A stretch of 64,000 nucleotides of DNA. Origin: Dimorphilus gyrociliatus. Its lineage: Eukaryota; Animalia; Annelida. The stretch spans positions 4,790,408-4,854,407 of the forward strand of contig CAJFCJ010000006.1 in assembly GCA_904063045.1 (NCBI GenBank), written 5' to 3'. Position numbers and translations under genes: made by a program. This document shows positions 1 to 12,149 of this stretch, one piece after another. Under the pieces are notes generated by a model, which did no database searches, had not been told where the DNA came from, and saw nothing but the letters and a program-made list of their open reading frames with translations. The number at the start of each line of letters is the position of its first letter. The stretch's first letter is position 1.

Positions 1-1127
1 AAATCGACTAGTAATAACGTATAAAAGTAGGATTTTACATAACCGATTAACAGTTTATAAAGCGAATAGAGAAATTAGACGCCATATGTGAGGTACGTAA
101 ATGTGCTCGCTTAGTGTAAGAATTGTTTGCATCTACATAAAGGAATAATTGGACGGTCGGACGCCTTAAAATACCATTCGAAAATTCGTTAACAGAATGC
201 AAATCGGTACGCGGGTATGATTGTTAACGCTTCGAAGAAATTCGATCGATAAACAGGTTTTCTTTTGTTGTTATTGTTGTTTTCGGGGTGGGGGTGGGGA
301 GGAGTGAGAGTGAGACTGATTCGTTTTGCTTGGCCATTGGTCAAATGGCTAAAAATACCATCAATTCAAATCTGGCCCCGTTTTCCTAACCCTCTTCATG
401 ACGTCATTTGAATCGATACGCAGGTGTGGAGAGATTCTCCTTCCTTTCCAGCTATTTGCCTATCCGGTAAATAGATTTTTTAAAGAATTCGCCGATTTTG
501 ACCTCATTTTTTCGGGGGAGGGCGGCGTCTAAACGCATGATTGCGCGCCTTCTATGCGCACCTGTCCCTCCGCCCGCACCACGTGCTTCTAGGAACACAA
601 AGCTGCCCCGCTACACACAAAGACGCCAGACGCCAACGACGCTTCGTATTTAGTTGGGATTCTTACTTTCGTCCCATTTTTTATCTATGTAAATTTTTGA
701 GATACCAAACATTTTTTGGTTTCAATACCTAAAAGCAACAGGCCCTAGATTTTTATTGGATAGTTTGCCGCCAAAGAGGAAGTAAAGCAAAAGTATGTAT
801 GGAAAGAATGTTGTTGTTTACGCGCTGTACTGCCGCCATTACTGTTGTTGGGGGAAGTTAGGATTTTATAGCCCCCGCCTATTTTTTACCGTTTTTTCTC
901 GTTTTCAAGTGCTTATCAAGTGAAGTGTATTGTAAACTATTGGCCTGCTTGTATACAACACTTTCACTTTTAGCAATTGCCTAAATAGCTATACCGTTAT
1001 TAAAGCAACCCTTTTGTATTTTGTTTTTTAAATTCGATTTTCAAAGGTTACTCTGATTTATGACCCCATTTTATTATGGTTGTTAGTGTGACAAGCTACG
1101 TCTAATACAGCCAATATTGTCTTTCAG

Positions 1128-4100
1128 GGCTACCAAAGCTTTCCAGCAAGTTTTATACATCGACCCATCTTTTTCAAGGGCAAACGAAGTTCATATCAGA
1201 TTGGGATTAATTCTTAAATTGCAGTGTGATTTTGATACTGCTCTGAAGCATCTTCGATTAGCTCTAGCTGATACAGCTGAATGTTCATTGTCTAAGCACG
1301 AACTCAGATTTCATATAGCTCATACATACGAACTTCAAGGAAAGTGGAGAGCAGCTAGGGATTCATACGAGGCCGTCATTGCTGGTGGTAACGACGTTCC
1401 TCACAACGTCATCGCCAACGCATACCGGCAATTGGGTTGGATGTACCATTGTGTTGAGGCAATAGGTGATCGACAATCGAGAGACGAAACAGCTATAAAG
1501 TGTCTTCAAAACGCTATTAACTCGAACGGATCTTGTGGACAGAGTTGGTACCTACTAGGAAGGTGCTACTCCTCTGCCGGCAAGGTACATGATGCGTTCA
1601 TGTCCTACAGGCAATCAATCGATAAATCGGAGGCGTCGGCCGATACATGGTGCTCAATCGGCGTTCTCTATCAACAACAATCCCAGCCAATGGATGCTTT
1701 GCAAGCATATATATGTGCAGTGCAACTAGATAAAACTCACACGGCTGCTTGGGTTGATTTGGGAATACTTTACGAAAGTTGCCATCAACCAAGAGATGCT
1801 TTAACCTGTTACCTAAATGCTACTCAACATGGAAATGCTTCAGTTAATCCTAATTTACAGGCACGGATAAAATTACTTGAAACACAATTGTCCAAAGTGC
1901 CTCTGCACACCTTACATAGAAATAATAAACCATTACCGGGAATTGAGGAGGCCTGGTCACTACCAATACCAGCTGAACTAACATCTAGACAGGGAGCAGC
2001 CACACCATCTCGTTCAGCAAATTCCTCTGCGGATTTTGATGGATCTCCAGCAGCAAAACGGTTGAAGAAAGTCGGTACCATGATGAATGTAAGTAGTATT
2101 AATTAGAAGAAAATCAATTGTCTAAATTATTAATACGAAATCAACAACAGGACCTAGCTCTTCCAGTACCACCTCCGTTAAATCCTCAACAATTGCAGAT
2201 GCTCAATTGCTTACAGCAGCAAGATCCAGTAAATTATTATTCTCTTGGTTTTATTTTAATCTAAATAGCTCTTAACCTCTTTTAGAATACCATGACGCAA
2301 AACAATCGAATCGTTCTTCAAGACTTACAAGCTCAATACTTGGCCCACCAACAACATCAACAACAGCAGCAACAACAGCAGCAACAACAACAGCAACAAC
2401 CACCGCCATCTCAACCTCCGCAACAGCCTCAACAACCTCAACAACCGTTTGAACTACCACCACCTCAAACAACCCTTCCAAATTCGCACGCAACCATTGG
2501 ACCAAACTTTCCCAATAGTAATGCTAAAGAAGAACTACATAATTCAGTTAGTGATCAAGAAATTACAGATTTCCTCAGCAAACATGATATTACTACCTCC
2601 ATGGCTGAGGACCTCTTAGCTCACTTTACAAAAGGATCTTCTGATGGTGACAATACCAGTTCACCGGGACCTCCTGAATTGTCTAAAGTAACTGATGATT
2701 GGGCTGATAGTCTGGAACGAGTAACGGATAGTCCGCCTCCTCTTTTAACTCCTATAACGCCTTCCATAGGTATTCATATGCGAGCACAGGCAGTAATTGA
2801 TGCCTGTAAAAGTCTCGGTAGAACTGGTACCTTCTCAAATTCTCTACTGCCCGACGAAAGTCAACCTCCGTGTCCGCCCCCCAATCCTTTTCCTTCCTTA
2901 CCTCCCGAAAAACTTCATCCTCCAACACCTAGTATATATTTAGATAATAAAAAGGATGCATTCTCTCAAGAGTTGCAACAATTTTGTCTGTCTCAACATG
3001 TATGTATTATTCGGGGATTAGCCGGTGCTCTAAAACTGGATCTAGGTTTATTTTCAACAAAGAGCTTAGTGGAAGCTAATGCTGATCATCCAGTGGAAGT
3101 CCGCACACAGAGACAATTCGCACCAGATGAAAATAGAGATGGTTCAGGAAACAGAATTTGGCGTTGTGAAAGTTCTAGATCTCATACAAGTATTGCCAAA
3201 TATGCTCAATATCAAGCTTCATCGTTTCAAGAATCATTAAAGGAAGAGCAGGAAAGAAATAAAGGCGTTTTAAAGGAAGATGAACAACAGCTAAAGAAAA
3301 GGAAATACAAGCTCATTAAATTTGGCACTAATGTAGATTTGAGCGATGATAAAAAATGGGCTCCCCAATTACAAGAACTAACGAAATTACCATCTTTTGC
3401 TCGTGTTGTAGCGGGTAATAATATGTTGTCACATATCCATCATACGATACTTGGTATGAATTCTGTACAGTTATATATGAAAGTACCAGGTTCTAGAACT
3501 CCTGGACACCAGGAGAATAACAACTTTTGCTCCGTAAATGTAAATATTGGACCCGGAGACTGTGAATGGTTTGCAACACCTGAATGCTATTGGGGAGTTA
3601 TTCACAGGTTGTGTGAAAAGCATAACATCAACTATCTAACTGGATCATGGTGGCCTATTTTAGAAGAGCTGGAAGAAGCTAAAGTTCCAGTTTATAGATT
3701 TGTGCAGAAACCGGGTGATCTCGTGTGGGTAGGTTCAGGTGCCGTCCATTGGGTTCAGGCGATTGGCTGGTGCAACAATATTGCCTGGAATGTGGGACCT
3801 ATAACAGCTAAACAATATAGTCTGGCTGTTGAGCGCTATGAGTATAATAAACTGCAATCTTATAAAAGCATTGTGCCGATGATATATCTCTCATGGAACT
3901 TAGCAAGGAATATCAAAATGACAGATATTCGATTGTTTGAGCAAGTTAAATTTGTTCTATTACGGTCCTTGCGATTTACAGCTTTGATACTCGACTTCTT
4001 CGACGCAGTTGGCAAAACAGTCAATTATCAAGGAGTTGACAAAGGAGAACCAGCTCATTATTGCCATACATGCGAAGTTGAAGTCTTTAACATCCTCCTG

Positions 4101-4358
4101 GTGACAGAACACGAAAAGAAACAATGTCATGTTGTTTACTGCCTAGATTGCGCTAAACGTATCTCTCCTGATCTTTCAAATTTTGTTGCACTTCATCAAT
4201 ACCATATGAAAGAGCTTATCCAATGGTACGACGACTTTATTCTAGGAGCAGCGGTAAGTCACTGTTAATAGGATAATTCGAAAAAAAAAGAGTTCAAAAG
4301 GCATTCAAATATTTAATTTAATAATCAATTTTAGAACACTGCAGTAACAACTGCCTGA
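1128..4358 (+). CDS. KDM6A: Histone H3K27 demethylase UTX/KDM6A (5'-partial; TPR repeats, polyQ, JmjC, C-terminal Zn-binding domain)
   Basis: Exons 1128-2088, 2151-2228, 2286-4253, 4335-4358. TPR region [27 protein letters not shown]; JmjC Fe ligands [11 protein letters not shown] and VHWVQA; CHTC/CLDC zinc knuckle. The first acceptor is phase 2 and no upstream UTX-like exon was seen in 1-1127. Confidence 0.95.
2347..2400 (+). repeat. CAA/CAG polyglutamine tract in KDM6A
   Basis: Mixed CAA/CAG run encoding [17 protein letters not shown]. Confidence 0.9.
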
Positions 4359-5149
4359 ATGATAAATGTAATGGCAGGGACCAACGGCTTATCAATAGTG
4401 AAAAAAAACGGACAGTTTATCAATTTTTCCATGGATAACAAGAGTCGCTTTGTCAAGTCATATGTATATGTTGAAAATATAACGGTTCGTAGCGAATTAT
4501 ATTTGTTTTAGTAAATGATTGAACTTAGATTTATTAATTGTAGTACATTCCTGCCTTTTTTTCACAGTTTGTTGTCACGATTTATGTCTTGTGTTGTAAT
4601 TATAAGCGTTTAAATACAATAATATTCCTCGTTTATTACAAAAACTATTTAAAAGTAGTAGTTTCTTCTTATATTCATATCAGTAAGAATTATTAAAAGG
4701 AATAAAATCCCAATCACTTGATCAATCCATATCTGAAAAGTTTTAGATTTTGCATTTAATAATCCAATTATTTCTGAATGGAATAAAGGGTAAATCTTTA
4801 TAAATAAGGAATGTTTTGTAAAGGAGAATAACTACAAATTGCCAATATTTTTTCGAGACAATAATCCCAAAAAAACAACCATTTTTATTGGTTTCTGTTT
4901 AGTTTTTAATATTTCTTCTTTCTATTCCTTTGCTAACAACTATACGGTTATCTACAGAAAAAACAAAACCAGAATAAACTAGGTAGTCATGTATTTATTG
5001 CTTATGAAATACAATATAAATTTCACATAGTATCTTTTATTAGCCATTTATTCAAGATAAAACATTATGCTTCATTGTTATAAACACTTATTAAGCCTCT
5101 GTCTGATTAGTTGCATAGATAAATATTATGAGGAGCTACAAACTCAAAT

Positions 5150-7482
5150 CTACCAGGTTCTCTTCTTCAACAGTTCTTTATTTATGATTCGTTTTAAGAG
5201 ATCATCAACAGAATCTTCTTCGGTACTGGCTTCGCAAGAATCTTCGACTCTTTCCACTGATAAAAATTCATACTCAAACTTTAGAAAAAGCATATATGAT
5301 TGATTTAATCAATTACCTGTCTTTGACAATTTAATTTGAAATTCGACTGCATTGTAGAATTCAGCATTTTTTACTGAAGCACAATTTTCTCCTTTGAATG
5401 ACTCTATTTTAGTTTTCATACAATCGAAATAATCTTGACCATTTTTATGTCCGCTTGGACCGCTTGGTCCACTTGGTCCGCTTGGACCGCTTGGTCCACT
5501 TGGTCCACTTGGTCCACTTGGTTTACCGTGTCTTCTCTTACCAGTTGGTCCATGTTTTCCTTTACCAGTTGGTCCATGTTTTCCTTTACCAGTTGGTCCA
5601 TGTTTTCCTTTACCAGTTGGTCCATGTTTTCCTTTACCAGTTGGTCCATGCTTTCCTTTACCAGTTGGTTTCAGCTCGCCGTCTATTGTTCTAAGAAGCT
5701 GCTTCAGTTGTTCTCTAAATGAATTTTTTTGTATTTATAATCTAAGAAAAAGGCACCCCACTTCTTACAATTTTTTTTCATTGTCAGAAGGTCCTGATGG
5801 TCCTGAAGGTCCTGATGGTCCCGAAGGTCCTGATGGTCCTGAAGGTCCTGATGGTCCCGAAGGTCCTGATGGTCCTGAAGGTCCTGATGGTCCAGAAGGT
5901 CCAGTTGGACCATGTGGTTTATCGGCATCTTTTATTGCTCTAAGAAGTGTTCTGAGTTTGTTTCTAAAATTAAAGGCTTTGTATAAATAGTGTAACATAA
6001 AGGAAACGTTATTCTTACAATTTAGTTCCATGATGTCCAGGTCCCGAAGGTCCCGAAGGTCCCGAAGGTCCCGAAGGTCCCGAAGGTCCCGAAGGTCCCG
6101 AAGGTCCTGACGGTCCAGAAGGTCCAGAGGGTCCAGAAGGTCCAGAAGGTCCAGTTGGACCATGTGGTTTATCGGCATCTTCTATTGCTCTAAGAAGTGT
6201 TCTGAGTTTGTTTCTAAAATTAAAGGCTTTGTATAAATAGTGTAACATAAAGGAAACGTTATTCTTACAATTTAGTTCCATGATGTCCAGGTCCAGATGG
6301 TCCTGATGGTCCAGAGGGTCCAGAAGGTCCAGAGGGTCCAGAAGGTCCAGAAGGTCCAGAAGGTCCAGAGGGTCCAGAAGGTCCAGAAGGTCCAGAAGGT
6401 CCAGTAGGTTTGTTAGGATCTCCTGCACCAGATCGAAGCTTTCGTAGAAGGTTCTCTAATCTATTTCTGAAATGTAAGCATGTGATAACATATATATTAT
6501 TGCAGCTGGCGATAAATAGCTCACTCATATGAATTTTCTGCAATTGTCTTTCTAATGAGATTTCTCAAAGCCGGACTGAAATTATAATTTAAATTAAAGC
6601 TTATGAGTCTTTAAATACAATAAGCAAATCCTTACAGAGATCTCTTTTTGCGATCTAGTCCTTCAACATCATCTATTTCTGCTTCCTCATCATTTGAAGA
6701 TTCACATTTTCTCGAGAAATCAAAAACTGGACAATCTTCAACAACAGCATGAATTAAACGACCAAACAAATTAGCAAACTTATCGGAAAGGAAAGCCGTC
6801 TCTTCCGGTAAACATCCTTTGAGCGAAACTTTGTTATCAATGATATTTTTACGGCAATCAATTGTTTGTCGACCATATTTTCTGCAAGGTATTAATAAGA
6901 CAATAGATAAATTAGTCAGGAAAGAGAGATGCTAAAAAATTATCACTTAAGACGTTCCGAATCGCCTCGGAAGTGGTGGAGAGCAACAATAAAATAATGA
7001 GTTTGGATTGCACATTGAGTAACTGATTCGACTTCACATCCTTTACTTTCATCAGATCTTCGTTGTACACAAACGTTGCTAAGAGATTCTAAATCATTTG
7101 CTGCGTATACAATCTTCTTTATTAAGTATTCAGGACATTCGCAAAACTTTTTCTCTGCCAAACCGTCTTGCAAGCATTTCTGAGCTGTTGAGGCTTTTTG
7201 CTTACAGATATCATTATCTTCTTCAGCTAACATCTCATCTGTACATTGGAAAAGAGCATCGCAAGATTCTTCGCAATTTCTTCCGAAACGTTTTGGTGGG
7301 CATATACATTTATAACCGAAATGAGAGTGTTCAAGACCGCATTCTTTGGTATCGCAACAAGTTCCGCCGTTCTGGCATGGATTATGAACTTCGCAAGTTC
7401 CCGTAGAGGTAAACTCTCGAAGGGAAAATCTCGAAGCTGACGTTAGACTTATCAAGCAGAGAAGAGCCACAAACGACTTCAT
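5150..7482 (-). CDS. Secreted EGF + Cys-rich + furin site + (Gly-Pro-Ser)n collagen-like repeat protein, 641 aa, 8 exons
   Basis: Exons 7482-6947, 6881-6636, 6575-6525, 6466-6269, 6213-6019, 5963-5769, 5714-5317, 5256-5150. All junctions are GT-AG with matching phases; total 1926 nt, open to TAG. Signal peptide [16 protein letters not shown]; [16 protein letters not shown]...[14 protein letters not shown]; DRKKR/SL site. Confidence 0.85.
5530..5665 (-). repeat. 24-bp tandem repeat encoding (PTGKGKHG)x5 plus PTGKRRHG
   Basis: Unit ttttcctttaccagttggtccatg is repeated on the + strand. Confidence 0.95.
5769..6466 (-). repeat. Tandem ~250-bp exon+intron units, each with a 9-bp GPS microrepeat
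   Basis: Introns 6214-6268 and 5964-6018 are identical 55-mers. Exons of 198, 195 and 195 nt carry 12, 12 and 13 GPS triplets. Confidence 0.95.
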
Positions 7483-8121
7483 AATAGCGATTGCCTAGCA
7501 CCAAGACGGGCCTTCAGTTTATATAGCATTGTTAAGGAGCTTAGCCACCCATTTATTCTGAGTCACCTGCTTTAACAGATTTGCTTACAGCTATGGGAAA
7601 TATTACTAGATAACAATCAATATATTTTTAACGGACGTAGACATTTTTCTCCATAACCAGTTTCATTATCTTTCGAAAGACAAAAATCTTCCTTATCATT
7701 AAATTCAAATTATTGCAATATTAAGATATCTAAACTAAATATAACCTAAATTTTATTATTACTTATTAAATGTTGTCATAAAGCATCTAATCTGTAGTTT
7801 GCCCTTCAAATAATAACTTGCCCTTAAAGGATTTATTTCAAAGACTATGTTTTTTATTTTGAGTGGGAACGTCTACAGAATGTAAATGATTATTGCTTAG
7901 AATATATTGTCCTGTTTAAGTTCGGTAAATCTATTATTTCTAAAATTAAAACATAGAACTTACTGTCTAGGGGTTAGTGTTTCTGTATATATATATATAT
8001 ATATAGATGTCTAGTGCATGCAAATACTATCTATTTGCAAGATCTTATTACTAACCAGTCACGTTGTCTTGATTGAAAAATATACCTTGATATAATTTGA
8101 ATATTGAATTAGAAATATAAT

Positions 8122-8158
<37 letters not shown>

Positions 8159-8608
8159 TTATTAACTTAATTAATCGATCTAGATATGGTCCACATACAG
8201 CTTAAGGAGTATACTTGAATAGGAAAGAGAATAAAGGCAAGACTATGCTTTTGAAAACTAAACTTATTTGCAGACAACATTCTTCGTTCCTTCTTCCATT
8301 TTTATCGTAGTTTGAACAGTTAATTAAAAATTTTTTTATTCAAAATCTTTCAGACAACATCGAGTTATAAAAATAATAAAAAATTTTAACAAAAATAGGA
8401 TAAATATAGAAAAAAAAAGTAGGTTTATGTGATAATTAGAAGGAAGCCGTTTAGTGCTTTTCTGTAAGTGATTTTTATTAGATTAGTCTATGACTTTTCT
8501 TTAGAAGTGGTAGTCAACAACAAGTCCAATTGGTGAATAGTCATTCCTTCTCTCTAACGGATTAAACCATATCTTTTATTTTTGTTATTGACTATCATAT
8601 TTATTAGT

Positions 8609-10352
8609 TTAGGTCGAAGCCCAATGGGAGATTGTGTGAGCTCTTAAACTTGGCATGGGATGATCGGCTCTTAAATCTGGTATGTTTTTTAAGACTCGTC
8701 GTCTAAGATCTCTTAAATAATCGTTTTCGGCTTTGTCCTTGAAAGTAACACCTCGATCGACTGCAATAACTTTAGAAAGAACATTCTTCCCAGGCATTGG
8801 GCCACTTTGTTTGCTAAAGTCTCGCAACATTGGCTGACTTAATTTCATTGAAGTCTTGAGGCGCGAGGTGGCGCCCTGCAATCGGGGGGAAAGAGAACAA
8901 AGACGACTGTCAATCCGAGAGTTTCTTTCACCAGCCGCTTCCTGTAGTTTATAACCAAGATATCTTAATAGGGGCACATGATGATCGAGGGCAGGCCGAG
9001 AATAACGTCGGCGTATCTGAAGTGAAAGTATGCATTGAAGATGTTTAAGTGTGCCTGGATTCCTCCGCACTAAAAGTCTATCATAATGACCTCTTTCTAG
9101 AGTTAATAAAGTTAATGGTTGCATTGCAATAACAGTTGAATGATGAAAAGGCAAATCCAAAGCCATTTCTTCTCCACCAATTGATTGTCCAACGCCAACA
9201 TAGCATACATTAACTCTACTACCACTAGCCTTTAAGAGTACAGCTTCCTGTTGCGGAAGCATCATGTGGCTATTATGACGATTTATTGTCTTTTGAACTC
9301 TTGTACATTTCCACAAAGAAGGAGACATTCTAGTTAATTTCACCAAAGCGTCTCTTTCCTCCCTGTCTTTACTGTCATTTAACATAAGGGGTTGGCATTT
9401 ACGTATGAACTCTCCAAATTGCTTCTTATGAGCTTCTGGGTCCATTTGTACAACTGCTTCCCCATTTGTTATAAAGAAAATTTCATTTACAGCGTCTCCC
9501 TGCCTAACTATAACTTCATTGTATCCGATCTATATTATTCAAAATAGAGCAAATATTAAGGAAAAACAATTTTTCTAATTAATTTTATTAAACTTATAAA
9601 GAAAGAGAAGATTTCTCTTATTTTTTTACATCAGGCCTACAAATAACAAATATTACATTAAATATTTTAACAGGTATACAAAAAAATAAGAATTGCTTCT
9701 TATTTGTAGTAATAAAGCTAATATTATTTTTAAGGGCCTAATCTTCTTCTTGTTTTATCCAATTAGTCGTTATATAATCGGAATTTTGTGATATATTCAT
9801 TACGACATTTGTGCTGTTCGATAGAACATCAGAGCTAGTGACATCTGTTGACACGTTCAATGAAATCTGTGGTATTAAATTTTCCTCCTCCCTTTTTATG
9901 TCTATTATTTCGGTAGTAAAACAATTTGGCAGTGGTGAACTATTCGCTGACACACTACGAGTAGAAATTACAGTGTTTAAATCAGTTTGAACTGAAACAT
10001 TAGCAGTAGACTTTTCCCTCTTGTGGTCATTTTGTAAAACATTCTTTCTCGAACGTCTTCTTCTCAAAGCATAAGGTATTCTTGAACGCTTCTGATATAA
10101 TTCCGAACACTTTAAATTCTTTAAATAAACCTTTCCATTGGAGAATTCTCTAAACGACTTTAGAATATCCTTTTCCGTAAAATCCTCGGGGAATATAATT
10201 TTCATTTTTTTTAACACGTGTATACACACTGTATAATTTGTAATTGTATTTTAATCGTATTATCGTACTTTTGAGTTAAAAAGTTTTCTTAAGGATATTT
10301 TATATGTAAACATATATATATACAGTATATATAATATATATATATATATATG

Positions 10353-10411
<59 letters not shown>

Positions 10412-11604
10412 TAATATATATAGATAAAAAGGTAAATATGTATATATGTAGGATGTCTGTGTGTATGGGTATATATATAAATATGGATTTATATGGACAT
10501 GTATGGATACACAAGTGTTATGTGGCTTATACGTATTATAGGCCTATTGTTTAAAACTACTCAATCAAGATTAAAGTATGTAGACGAGCTCAACTTGACA
10601 AAAATATGAATTAGCCTTGTACGAAACTCTTAAAATTGAATAAAAGTCGAAATGAATGTAAATAGGGAATTGTGTGTTTTTGTAGGTATTTTACTTATTT
10701 AATTAATAAAATACATACCTGTATTCTATTTACTGAAGCAGCAAGATGTTTTTTCCATTTTGTTGGCCAATTTCTAAATAGTTCATGATTTTCAACAAAA
10801 GATAATTTTTCTTGGTATTCTTGACTGATTATTTTCCCCACAGAGCGATTATATAAGTCTTTGTGTATGACTATAACTGAAGTTATTGTATCAGCTACAA
10901 TAGACGCCGTTCTTACACAGTCATCATTTATTAAGGCTAATTCTCCAAAACTTTGTCCTTCCTCTACAAGTGCCAATTAAAAGAGCTTATATCGATTCTT
11001 AAAACTTAATAGTAAGGACTTACTGAATGTTGTTACCGTATTACCGATTTTCGATCTATCAATAACAATGTTACAAGTTGGTCCGGGATTAATAGCGGTT
11101 GAGAAATCGATTAAAGCTGAATCGTCTCCTAAATCTTTAATTACAACCGAAACGCTCCCTCTCAGTATAATGTAGAACCTTTTTTTTATTGTTGTAATAA
11201 TAATAGAGATAATCCAATTTAAAACAAAAATCATACGATATTAAAGATAAAAAAGCCGTAAGTATAGACCCTTTTACGATAAATGAATTATTCAATTTAT
11301 ATATTCTCTCTTTTGTTAAATAGTAACTTTATAAGATAAAAAAGAGAGATAAATAAATAAAGAAGAAAACAATATGTACTTACGAATCTCCCTTCTCTTG
11401 TTGGCCAATAATTAGTCCATTTTTTGGATATTCTTTATAATGACAATGCTTCAGTAGGTCAATTAAACTATCCAATTTTAATTTTTCAAATAATTTCGAA
11501 CGTTTTTGGAACCAGGCGCTGAATTTTTCCAATTCTTTTGGCAGTCTACCCTTCGGTGGTTGTGAGAGGACGTTAACAACTTGGTCGAAAGTTACCTGAC
11601 TCAT
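8609..11604 (-). CDS. Cyclic nucleotide-binding domain protein (CNBD2-like, two cNMP-binding domains)
   Basis: Spliced reading gives [19 protein letters not shown] ... [24 protein letters not shown] (phosphate-binding cassette), then a second domain [25 protein letters not shown] after a ~1.2 kb intron. Confidence 0.8.
9738..10205 (-). CDS. Intronless 155-aa orphan ORF nested in the large intron of the CNBD gene
   Basis: ATG at 10205 (MKIIFPEDF...), open for 468 nt in very AT-rich DNA; basic RRRRSRK patch and Ser/Thr/Asn-rich tail; no family recognised. Confidence 0.45.
   Translation of the reverse strand: MKIIFPEDFTEKDILKSFREFSNGKVYLKNLKCSELYQKRSRIPYALRRRRSRKNVLQNDHKREKSTANVSVQTDLNTVISTRSVSANSSPLPNCFTTEIIDIKREEENLIPQISLNVSTDVTSSDVLSNSTNVVMNISQNSDYITTNWIKQEED
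10312..10410. repeat. (TA)n microsatellite
   Basis: About 100 bp of nearly pure TA in the CNBD intron. Confidence 0.95.
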
Positions 11605-11834
11605 TCTTTCAGACTTACTGAATTATAAGCTCTGTACTTTATAAAGTAAACATAATAATATGTATAGTGACTATCAACCAATCGAACGTTTGCTGTATGA
11701 ATGAGCTAAGCCGATCACAAAAGATCGAGAGAAAAATTAAACGATTCTTGTGTTATGTATATTCGATTCACGTAACTAGTTAATAATGGACATTAAAGTT
11801 TTTGTTCCCAATTTTCCACATATTCCAGGTAACG

Positions 11835-12086
11835 TCATACGGTGCTGTTTCGATCTCTTTATTTCAATGATCAAAAATACCGCAATACTCAGGCCGGCAA
11901 TTTGAAAAAGAATCAATCCGAGCGTTAATAATCCTATAATTCGTTTGTAATATTTTATAGCTTGAGTGAGATTTGATGAACAGCCGCTGGCGAAGACTGT
12001 CCTGCTCGCTATCGTGATCTGTATAATAGACGATAAAGAGGAGGAAAAAGTTTAGATTTAGGGTTCAATGCTATACTGTATATATA

Positions 12087-12149
<63 letters not shown>

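Noticed and set aside
541-732. 63-aa ORF as a possible missing UTX exon
   Set aside because: No similarity to the UTX N-terminal TPR sequence and no compatible phase-2 donor
5435-6428. Alternative-frame and antisense ORFs over the repeats (MDQLVKEN..., DLLD/DHQD..., GPEGPD..., WSTWSA...)
   Set aside because: Shadow frames of 9-bp and 24-bp repeats. Only the GPS frame is joined by consistent splice sites to a signal peptide.
10260-10554. YIYIYI ORFs (also 12071-12412, 21252-21602, 47986-48189)
   Set aside because: Translations of TA microsatellites
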